Below, piece after piece: positions 26,668 to 34,163 of a DNA stretch of 36,647 nt. The stretch's first letter is position 1. The number at the start of each line of letters is the position of its first letter. The notes below the pieces were generated by a model. That model ran no database searches. It was not told the origin of the DNA and saw only the letters and a program-made list of their open reading frames with translations. The DNA comes from a bacterium (lineage in GTDB: Bacteria; UBP15; UBA6099; JAJRTR01), in the NCBI GenBank assembly GCA_024278215.1, contig JAJRTR010000150.1, positions 1 to 36,647 of the forward strand. The letters are read 5' to 3'. The position numbers and the translations under genes were made by a program.

Positions 26668-28029
26668 TTATTCAACCCCCGCCGACCCCCATATCTCGTC
26701 GGCTGCTTCAGGAGCGAATTTTTCGACAATCTTTTCGGTGATCCCGTTCGCCTTGGCTATATCGCCGTACATGTAGGCGCTGGGGCGGGGCAGCCTGTCA
26801 AGGGTTTCAGGTTCCATGGCGACCAGCCCGAAGTGCATCGAAAAACCTTCTTTCCACTCGAAGTTGTCGATATAGGACCACTGGAAATAGCCGCGGATGT
26901 CGATACCGTCGTTTATAGCGCGTTTGACCTGCGCCAGGTGACGCAGAAGGTACGATGGTCTCTGCGCGTCTGTCTCGTCGGCGATCCCGTTTTCAGTTAT
27001 ATACAGCGGTTTGCCGTATTCCGCCATGTCTTTGATAACATTATAAAAGCCGGGCGGGTAAACCTCGTAGCCCATTTCCGTTGTTTCGGTGCCTTCGGGC
27101 AGATAGTAGAGGTCTTCCGGGAATTTTTTCGGCAGCTTATCGGGCAAATGGAACCGCATCCGGGTGTAGTAATTGACGCCGATATAGGAGAAGGAGCCTT
27201 CGAGTCCGTCGATCTTTTCGTTGAAGCCGAACGGGAAAGGGTTCCTGCCTGTTTTCAGTGCATCCATGAAGCAGTCGTTATGAAAGAACTTCAGGAATTC
27301 AGCCAGTTTGCAGTGAATCGGGTTATCAGGTTTGGCCGGCTGGAAATCGGCGAGCGCATGTGCGATGCCAACGAGCGGCTGCGCCTCCGGGTCACGTTTC
27401 TTTGCCTCACGCTGTATGATCCTGTATGCTTCGGCGTGCGCCTTGAGAAGATTCTTGAAAGCTTTGCGCGCCAGAAAGAAGTTCCTCTTCTCCGGCGGAA
27501 ATTCTCCAGCGATATATCCGGCGATAATCGGGCATGTCGGCTCGTTCAGCGTGCACCATAAATGAACTTTGTCGAAGTAACGCGGGATGACTTTCCGGCA
27601 GAAACGTCTGAACCAGCGCACGCTCTCGGGCACTGTCCAGCCGCCCTCGTCGGCCATCCATTTGGGCAGTACCCAGTGGTAGAGCGTGAGACACACTTTC
27701 AGGCCGCGTTTTTCCATCTCGGCAAGCACACGGTCGTAGTGTTCGAGCGCTTCCTCGTTATATTCGCCTTTGCGCGGCTCGATGCGTGCCCACTCGATGC
27801 CCAGCCGGAAAGCGTTCAGGCCGATTTTCTCCATGAACTCGAAGTCTTCCGGGTAACGGTTGAGCATGTCGCTGGCCGGGCCTGACACTGTGCCGTCGCG
27901 GATTTTGCCTTTCTGCTCCCATGCCCACCAGTCGGAGTTTACATTGTAGCCCTCGGCCTGGTGTGAGCAGACAGATGTGCCCCACAGGAACCCATCGGGA
28001 AATTCGATAACTTTTTTCTTATCAGTCAT
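26668..28029 (-). CDS. Glycoside hydrolase family 1 (beta-glucosidase-like)
   Basis: FPDGFLWG..SHQAEG, EWARIEP, TLYHW, TLNEP (acid/base), NYY, YITENG (nucleophile), DNFEW. ATG 28029 fits the GH1 N-terminus. Confidence 0.95.
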   Translation of the reverse strand: MTDKKKVIEFPDGFLWGTSVCSHQAEGYNVNSDWWAWEQKGKIRDGTVSGPASDMLNRYPEDFEFMEKIGLNAFRLGIEWARIEPRKGEYNEEALEHYDRVLAEMEKRGLKVCLTLYHWVLPKWMADEGGWTVPESVRWFRRFCRKVIPRYFDKVHLWCTLNEPTCPIIAGYIAGEFPPEKRNFFLARKAFKNLLKAHAEAYRIIQREAKKRDPEAQPLVGIAHALADFQPAKPDNPIHCKLAEFLKFFHNDCFMDALKTGRNPFPFGFNEKIDGLEGSFSYIGVNYYTRMRFHLPDKLPKKFPEDLYYLPEGTETTEMGYEVYPPGFYNVIKDMAEYGKPLYITENGIADETDAQRPSYLLRHLAQVKRAINDGIDIRGYFQWSYIDNFEWKEGFSMHFGLVAMEPETLDRLPRPSAYMYGDIAKANGITEKIVEKFAPEAADEIWGSAGVE

Positions 28030-28117
28030 AATTGATATGCCATTCTGTGAAATTTCCCGCCGTCCCTGTTGTCGAGCCGGGATGATGTTCCTGCATTTGC
28101 CTGTTGGAGCCGGGCCG

Positions 28118-28296
28118 TTATCCCGCATATTTCACAAATGCGGGTTAAAAACCGGAAGAACGCCTGTAATACAAGGCGCGGCAAGTGAGTGGTGCGGAAG
28201 CATACTGAAAGTATGTGACCGATCCCGAATCGTCGTCGCAACGCAGTAGAATAGACATTATGCCGGTTTTCCGGATTTCTTTGTGAGGAATCCGGG
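28118..28296. mobile_element. MITE-like element family C with ERIC-like core; the left end is palindrome copy 3
   Basis: Imperfect ends cccgcatatttcacaaa / tttgtgaggaatccggg. Internal long inverted repeat aaaccgg...ccggttt around caaggcg...ggcaagtgagtg...catact-gaa-agtatg-tga...caacgcag. The right half recurs at 17337-17395. Confidence 0.7.
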
Positions 28297-28336
28297 CTAT
28301 GCTCTTTTTCGGGCTCCACAGTATTAAGTTATCCGA

Positions 28337-28365
28337 AGTTTAACTGAATCGCGGGTTTTTGACAA
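28337..28365 (-). promoter_or_regulatory. Possible sigma70-type promoter for the GH1 gene
   Basis: TTGTCA-17 bp-TAAACT on the minus strand. Confidence 0.45.
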
Positions 28366-28464
28366 GAAAAGTATTTTGGATTTTATCTTTTGCGGCGAGC
28401 CGGTTGTAAAATTATGCAGCCGGCCCCATCGTTTTTTATATATGTTCGGGTGAAAAACGAGAAT

Positions 28465-28540
28465 AAAAAAAACCCTGAGCGCTAACTCCTACAAGCCGGG
28501 TAAAAGAGTTTAACTACGCGCGCTCAGGGCTCGCTTAGGT
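28465..28540 (-). ncRNA. Candidate ~76-nt small RNA (or attenuator): one long hairpin ending in U8
   Basis: Predicted RNA ACCUAAGCGA-GCCCUGAGCGC...AACUCUUUUAC-CCGGCUU-GUAGGAGUU-AGCGCUCAGGG-U8, starting about 7 nt after a near-consensus promoter. Confidence 0.5.
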
Positions 28541-28546
28541 GCATAA

Positions 28547-28575
28547 ATCATATCAAAATATCTACAAAATGTCAA
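28547..28575 (-). promoter_or_regulatory. Strong sigma70-type promoter
   Basis: TTGACA-17 bp-TATGAT with extended -10 TG and AT-rich upstream DNA. Confidence 0.65.
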
Positions 28576-28605
28576 ATTATACAATTATTGCGTATTTAGC
28601 TTTTA

Positions 28606-28783
28606 GAGCAAGTTGCAAAATTCTGATTCGGCTACAGTCGGCTGCAATGGTCAACAGCTGCGTTGTCGGCACAAAATCATCCTCGACGTACTCTACAAGT
28701 ACGCCTGCGGGGATTTTGCACCTCCGCCTTGCTTCTGACCATTTCGCTCGACCTCGCTTCGAACATAATTTTGCAACTTGCTC
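28606..28783. mobile_element. MITE-like element family A, copy 2 (178 bp)
   Basis: Perfect terminal inverted repeats gagcaagttgcaaaatt / aattttgcaacttgctc; ttta on both flanks (possible 4-bp target duplication). Confidence 0.88.
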
Positions 28784-28868
28784 TTTATAATAAATCACTG
28801 TTTAATATTAACATTTTTTTGAAATTCTGTAAATACCTGAATGTGTGATAAACATCACAATATGTTAA

Positions 28869-30311
28869 TTAGCGGCTGGGCGAAAACCTGCTCCTGCCGG
28901 AATATACGCGAGATATCCGTGATCTTCGTTCAGCCACTAAATTATCTGTCTTCAACTCGATGACACCCAGAATAGTTCCGGCGAGCACCCGGTTGCTTTT
29001 CGGCGTAATGTAGAAAACCCTGCACTGGGAACCAGTGAATATTTTTCCTGCAAGTTTTCCGTCAAAATCGAACACGCTCACATAGGGCTCTTTCATGTTG
29101 CCTGCGTAAATAAGTTTCCGCTTGCTGTCCACACATACGGGCCTGACCATCGTTTTTGTCTTTATTCTGTCGACCGTCTCGAACGAATCCCTGTCGATGC
29201 CGACAATCGTGCCCGAAAGCCCGAGTGTAAGGTATATCCTGTTGCGCACAGTATCTATACTTATGCCACCGGATGCGGGTGGAAAAAGAAACTTTCTGCG
29301 GCGCACGCGATGACTGTAAAACTCGACTTCGGAAAGCACATACCATGAAATCCAGTTGGCGGCGTAGAATACACGGCGTTGCCTGTCTACAGCGATAGCG
29401 GCGGGCGCGGTGCCGAGTTTTGTTTTTTTATAGTATTTAACGTCCGGCAACGAATATATGGTTGCGATGCCGAGACCTTCGTGTGTCACGGTAACGCGCG
29501 CGCCCGGCTCGTCGACGAGGATAAATTGCGGATATGTGGATGTCGGCCTCGTATCCAGAACAGCGAGCGTTTCCGGGTCCATTATGAGCAGTTTTCGCTC
29601 GTAGTAGCTTGTGGCGAGCAGTTTTGTTTCGTCCGGAGTGAGGGCCAGGCCGAAGACGCGGTTGCCCCTGAATGCTTTCACGTTCGACGGGTCGCCCAGG
29701 TCGATTCTGTATATGCTTTCGAAACGGAACGGGTCGGTGACGCCCGGCGGCGCGTGGTCGACAGTGAAGTATATAGTCGTTTCGTTTTTATCGGTGATGA
29801 TCGAGCGCACGCCCTGGTAGGGAGTGGCGGGGCGGTCGTCGGCTATCATCGTTTCGTCCGGCAGAAGATATACCGGCGCGGCGTATTGCTCATTTTCGAG
29901 TTTGTCCAGCATATTCATCGTGATGCCGGGCGGACTGAACATGAGGAAAAGAAGCAGTGCGCATACATTTGCCATCGCGCCGATACTGAAAACGGCGCTC
30001 GACCTGCGCAGCGCGAGCGGCACGGCGAATATTACGGCCAGAACAGCGAGCGGTACGGCGTAGTAGTCGAAGAGCGCGCGGCCCGCGACAGCGATAATTG
30101 CGGCGATTACGGCCCAGTAGACGACCATGCCGCATGTCGGGATGAGGCCCGGCTTTTTTCCGTTGTCGATTTTCCCCTTATAGAACGCGTAAACAAAGGC
30201 CAGCGCGACGCAGACACCGATTGCGGGCGGTGTCACACTGCCCATCAGGGCCGTGAGCGTGAGAAAGGGAAAGAATCCCACCGCGAAGTTTTTAAGTTTG
30301 CCGAGTTTCAT
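28869..30311 (-). CDS. Membrane protein with about 4-5 N-terminal TM helices and a C-terminal YncE/YVTN-like beta-propeller
   Basis: ATG 30311 overlaps the upstream stop (ATGA). Hydrophobic N-terminus; blades such as FGLALTPDETKLLAT, PAAIAVDRQRRVFYAAN, RPVCVDSKRKLIYAGN. Confidence 0.8.
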   Translation of the reverse strand: MKLGKLKNFAVGFFPFLTLTALMGSVTPPAIGVCVALAFVYAFYKGKIDNGKKPGLIPTCGMVVYWAVIAAIIAVAGRALFDYYAVPLAVLAVIFAVPLALRRSSAVFSIGAMANVCALLLFLMFSPPGITMNMLDKLENEQYAAPVYLLPDETMIADDRPATPYQGVRSIITDKNETTIYFTVDHAPPGVTDPFRFESIYRIDLGDPSNVKAFRGNRVFGLALTPDETKLLATSYYERKLLIMDPETLAVLDTRPTSTYPQFILVDEPGARVTVTHEGLGIATIYSLPDVKYYKKTKLGTAPAAIAVDRQRRVFYAANWISWYVLSEVEFYSHRVRRRKFLFPPASGGISIDTVRNRIYLTLGLSGTIVGIDRDSFETVDRIKTKTMVRPVCVDSKRKLIYAGNMKEPYVSVFDFDGKLAGKIFTGSQCRVFYITPKSNRVLAGTILGVIELKTDNLVAERRSRISRVYSGRSRFSPSR

Positions 30312-32692
30312 TGGATGGAATCCGGAACGATCTCGAAGATGCCGCAGGCGGTGACGACGAATGTGCGGCCTGTCTGCGGGTCGATGTAGATGCTGCGCAC
30401 GAGTTTTCCAAGATATATTGTGGCGATTATTTGCCATTTGTCGACATCTATAACGCTTATCGTGCCGCTCCCGTAATTGGCGACGATGAGGCGGCCTGAT
30501 TTTTCATGGTAGGCCACTTCGCGGGGGAACTGCCCGACGGTCATTTGCCGGGTCACATCGAAGCTCGCGCCGTCGACCTCGATCAGTGTTTTTATAAACG
30601 GCGAAGTGAAGTATATCCTGTTGCGCCGGCGGTCCAGGGCAACGCCGAGCGTGGGGACGGGAACCTGGAATGTTTTGCCGCCGGGTATCGGCACGTTCAT
30701 CGTGATTTCGTGCTCGACCGAGTTGTGCGTTTTCTGCGCGATACCTTTCACTTCATAGATGCTGAACCTGTTGAAAGGGTCGAGCGAAGGGATGATGATG
30801 CGGTCGCGCGCGCGGTCGACAGCGAAGTAGTCGGCGTAGCCGAAACGCCCGAAGTGGAGAGCGGCCCGCTCGGAGTGGGTCGTGCCGTCGAGCACCCTTA
30901 TGTGGCTGTCGGGGGGGCCGAGGAATATCACGTAAAGAGTGTCGAGACGCGGCACATATTCGCAGTTGGTCGTTTCCACGTCGGGGAAGGCGATACGGTC
31001 GCGCAGTTTCAACGAGTCTGTCGAGTAGGCAATGTCCAGGAGTTGGAAATTGCGACCGCTTTTTGTGGTCGAATACAACTGACGGCGTTTCTTGTCCGCG
31101 CAGAGGCGTTCGGGATAGAAAAGAGAGCCGGGGAATCGGTCGTTTTCCGTGACGAGGTGGCTTTTTAATCTGCCGGAGCCGGCGTCGACCGCGACTATAG
31201 CGCCGTAAGATATGAAGTTCTTGAAAGTAGCGAAAACGGTATCGGTACCGGCATCGAAAAGAGCGTCATAGGGGAGCGCGCCGTCGAGGAATCCCTGCCG
31301 CCGGAAGTCCGCCATCGTCCAGACGGGCCGGACGTATTCAGTCTTGTTGACCGCGCGGCAAGTGTCCCACGACGGCGGTATCCGGTTGTAGCTCTGCACA
31401 AAGAAAATGGCAATCCAGACGAGCAGCATATAGCCGGCGAAAATGCCGCCGGGCACATAGCGGGGAATGAACCCCGCCGCCGCCGACCTGATCGAGAACA
31501 ATACGACCGCCGCAACCGCCGCAACCGCGAACCACACGGTATTAACCGAGAAAAACAGTATTATGAAATAGAAAACCGCCGCCGCGTAGGCCAGTTTGAG
31601 GAACGGCGAAATAAACAGGTTCAGCCGACCGGCGACCGCGCCGACCGGCAGCCGGCGCATCCCGGCCTCAAGGTCGAACTTACGCGACATGACCCAGAGT
31701 GTGTAGACGAAAAGAAATGAAAAAAGAATCGCGATAGTAACCGCGAGTCCCGCAACGGATTGTGTGAATTCAGTCGAGACGGCCACAATGACCGCCGCGC
31801 CCGTGAACACGCCGAATATCAGCCACGACGCCAGGAATCGCCTGAATGTAAACGACCTGTTGCCGCGCCTTCGGAATGCAAAGAAGTATAGCAGCGAATA
31901 GAAGAAACCGAGCAGGAAAACGCCCAGCCATATCAGTTTGACAACGGCAACGGCGGAAACAGCGAGGATGAGTGTGCCGCTGAGAATACTGCGAAGCCGC
32001 GTGCCGCCGCGTGCCGGTCCGCCGCCGGTTTCTTCGCCGGTCTGCAACAGTGTTTCCAGGTCGACAGGGATCAGCACGCGAAGCGAATATATCAGGGAAA
32101 GGTAAGCGGCAAAGACGATTGCGCTCCACTTTACGGCGTCGATCACAGGCCCGTAGCCGTAGACATCCGGCACACGGAAGATAATCACCAGAGGCATAAC
32201 AAGCAGAAATAACTCGGTGTACCATATTGTGCACCGGACAGGAAACCCGGCCCTGAACGCGCGGGGTACACGGGCGGCGGTATCGGAAGCGCCGACTGCT
32301 ATCCTGACGGTGAGAATAAAAAGATAAACGAGGCCGTAGAAGATTAGTTCGAGTATCGAGAGTTCGTCGCCGTCGGGCGTTGGTTCCGACCAGTCGGGAG
32401 CATCGTCGACAACAACAGCTTTCTTTTTGGCAACCGAGGCGTGCTCCGGTTCGGCGGGCAGGTTATCCGTATCGACTCGGGCCGTTCGTCGCGGCACGCG
32501 GGGCGGAAACATCGTTTCTTCTTCATCTTCCTCCGGGGGCGGTTCGCCCACGTCCAGAACACGCGAGAATAACTTCGCAATATCCGAGAATATCCAGCCA
32601 AGAACCGTGAACAAATGTCCCAGCAGTTTGAATGCGAACCTGAAGATGAAGAAAAGGACGACGAGAAAAATGAGGAGCACGACGAAACTCAT
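30308..32692 (-). CDS. Polytopic membrane protein (about 10 TM) with C-terminal YncE/YVTN-like beta-propeller
   Basis: Many hydrophobic segments; blades TLGVALDRRRNRIYF and VGQFPREVAYHEKSGRLIVANYGSGTISVID. ATGA overlap at both ends. Confidence 0.82.
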   Translation of the reverse strand: MSFVVLLIFLVVLFFIFRFAFKLLGHLFTVLGWIFSDIAKLFSRVLDVGEPPPEEDEEETMFPPRVPRRTARVDTDNLPAEPEHASVAKKKAVVVDDAPDWSEPTPDGDELSILELIFYGLVYLFILTVRIAVGASDTAARVPRAFRAGFPVRCTIWYTELFLLVMPLVIIFRVPDVYGYGPVIDAVKWSAIVFAAYLSLIYSLRVLIPVDLETLLQTGEETGGGPARGGTRLRSILSGTLILAVSAVAVVKLIWLGVFLLGFFYSLLYFFAFRRRGNRSFTFRRFLASWLIFGVFTGAAVIVAVSTEFTQSVAGLAVTIAILFSFLFVYTLWVMSRKFDLEAGMRRLPVGAVAGRLNLFISPFLKLAYAAAVFYFIILFFSVNTVWFAVAAVAAVVLFSIRSAAAGFIPRYVPGGIFAGYMLLVWIAIFFVQSYNRIPPSWDTCRAVNKTEYVRPVWTMADFRRQGFLDGALPYDALFDAGTDTVFATFKNFISYGAIVAVDAGSGRLKSHLVTENDRFPGSLFYPERLCADKKRRQLYSTTKSGRNFQLLDIAYSTDSLKLRDRIAFPDVETTNCEYVPRLDTLYVIFLGPPDSHIRVLDGTTHSERAALHFGRFGYADYFAVDRARDRIIIPSLDPFNRFSIYEVKGIAQKTHNSVEHEITMNVPIPGGKTFQVPVPTLGVALDRRRNRIYFTSPFIKTLIEVDGASFDVTRQMTVGQFPREVAYHEKSGRLIVANYGSGTISVIDVDKWQIIATIYLGKLVRSIYIDPQTGRTFVVTACGIFEIVPDSIQ

Positions 32693-34071
32693 CTGGTGGG
32701 TTCCTCCGTGTCGTCGCCGCGGAGCACACTTCCCGCTATGCCTGTTTTCTTCGGGTCTATCATGATGAAACCGTTCGTCGACGCCGCCAGTAGAATGTCC
32801 TCGTCCTGCTCGTAGTTTATGTAACGTAATCGCCGGCCGAGAAATATCTTTCCGGCGCGACGCGGCGCATCGCCGCTCGTATCAATAATATAAGCGTAAC
32901 CGTCGACAAAATTGCTTGCGTAGAGCAGCTTTCTTTTTGTATCGAATGTCAGGTCGCGGATCCCGATGGGTAATCTTTGTTTCCAGACTACGCGTTTCGT
33001 CTTCAGATCGATCATGTAGACAGCGCACTCGAAGGGTGCCGCGACGAATGCCTTCTCGCCGGTCGGGTCGACGGTGACATGGAAGAAATAGCCGAGATTT
33101 TTCCACAGGCTCCACAGTCCCACCCATACTTTCTCCACTTTCCCTGTCTTTTTGTCAATGACATAAAGAAAAGGATTGAAGAGATTGGCGGAAGTAGCCA
33201 CGACACGCTTAACGGTGTTGTCGACAGTCAGCAATGTGCTGCCGGGAATAACTATTTTTTTCGTAATCTTTTTCTCGACCAGATCGACTACGGCTATCCA
33301 GTTGCGGTCCGATATGACGTAGACCGTGCGTCCGTCGGGCGCGACGCTCAGGAAACGTGGCCGCGCGCCGGGCGAGCGAAATTCCGCGATTACCGACTTG
33401 CGCCTGTCATCCCAGAGCCGGATGGTGTTCGAGGGTGATACAAGGAAAATGCAGATGTCGTTTTCCCGGCGGCAATAGCCGCGGAACACGGATTTTGTTT
33501 TAATTACGGTTCCGATTTTATTCGAGTCGCGGTCCACCTGAATCAGAACCTGCTGCCGGGTGTTCGTTTCCGCGCCGAAACCACAGTAGACCCCCTTTCG
33601 TGTCGAGTCGAGAAAGGCATTGCGGCAATGAAAAATATCCCGCGTGTATTTTTTCATGGCTTCCTGCTCCGGTCTGGTGCAGAGAGAAAGGATGATATGC
33701 ACGCCGGGCCGGCTCTCGACATCGTCACATCTCTGGCCGTTTGTGATCGAGAACATAAGGATAGCGCCTGCCAGGTAGAAGGGGAACCAGAGAATAAATG
33801 TCCGGGCGAAAATAATGATTCTCCGCGGCCACGTTTTCGGTTTCTGCGCCGCCCACAGGAATGCCGTCCCCATGAAAATCAGGAAAGCGCCGGCGCTGAA
33901 CATCCACATCGCCTCGATGAAAGGCCGGAAGATCAACACCGCTATGATAAAAAGAAACACCGATCCTGGTTTGATGATGCCCGTTCTCCCCGCGCGCCGC
34001 CTGAAGACAAAATGAATCACAAGTGCGGACAAAAAGATAAAAGGTATAAAGTGAAATAGGAAAATGCTCAT
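32689..34071 (-). CDS. Membrane protein (about 4 TM) with C-terminal YncE/YVTN-like beta-propeller
   Basis: ATG 34071 (MSIFLFHF); blades PRFLSVAPDGRTVYVI, HVTVDPTGEKAFVA, IRDLTFDTKRKLLYASNF. Confidence 0.8.
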   Translation of the reverse strand: MSIFLFHFIPFIFLSALVIHFVFRRRAGRTGIIKPGSVFLFIIAVLIFRPFIEAMWMFSAGAFLIFMGTAFLWAAQKPKTWPRRIIIFARTFILWFPFYLAGAILMFSITNGQRCDDVESRPGVHIILSLCTRPEQEAMKKYTRDIFHCRNAFLDSTRKGVYCGFGAETNTRQQVLIQVDRDSNKIGTVIKTKSVFRGYCRRENDICIFLVSPSNTIRLWDDRRKSVIAEFRSPGARPRFLSVAPDGRTVYVISDRNWIAVVDLVEKKITKKIVIPGSTLLTVDNTVKRVVATSANLFNPFLYVIDKKTGKVEKVWVGLWSLWKNLGYFFHVTVDPTGEKAFVAAPFECAVYMIDLKTKRVVWKQRLPIGIRDLTFDTKRKLLYASNFVDGYAYIIDTSGDAPRRAGKIFLGRRLRYINYEQDEDILLAASTNGFIMIDPKKTGIAGSVLRGDDTEEPTR

Positions 34072-34163
34072 ATTATATGCTGTTGTTATTCCTGTGTGCT
34101 CTCGTGCAATCCGGCATGTATATTGTACAGTGAACGGGAAAGTGTCTTCAAGCCGCGCGTTTC

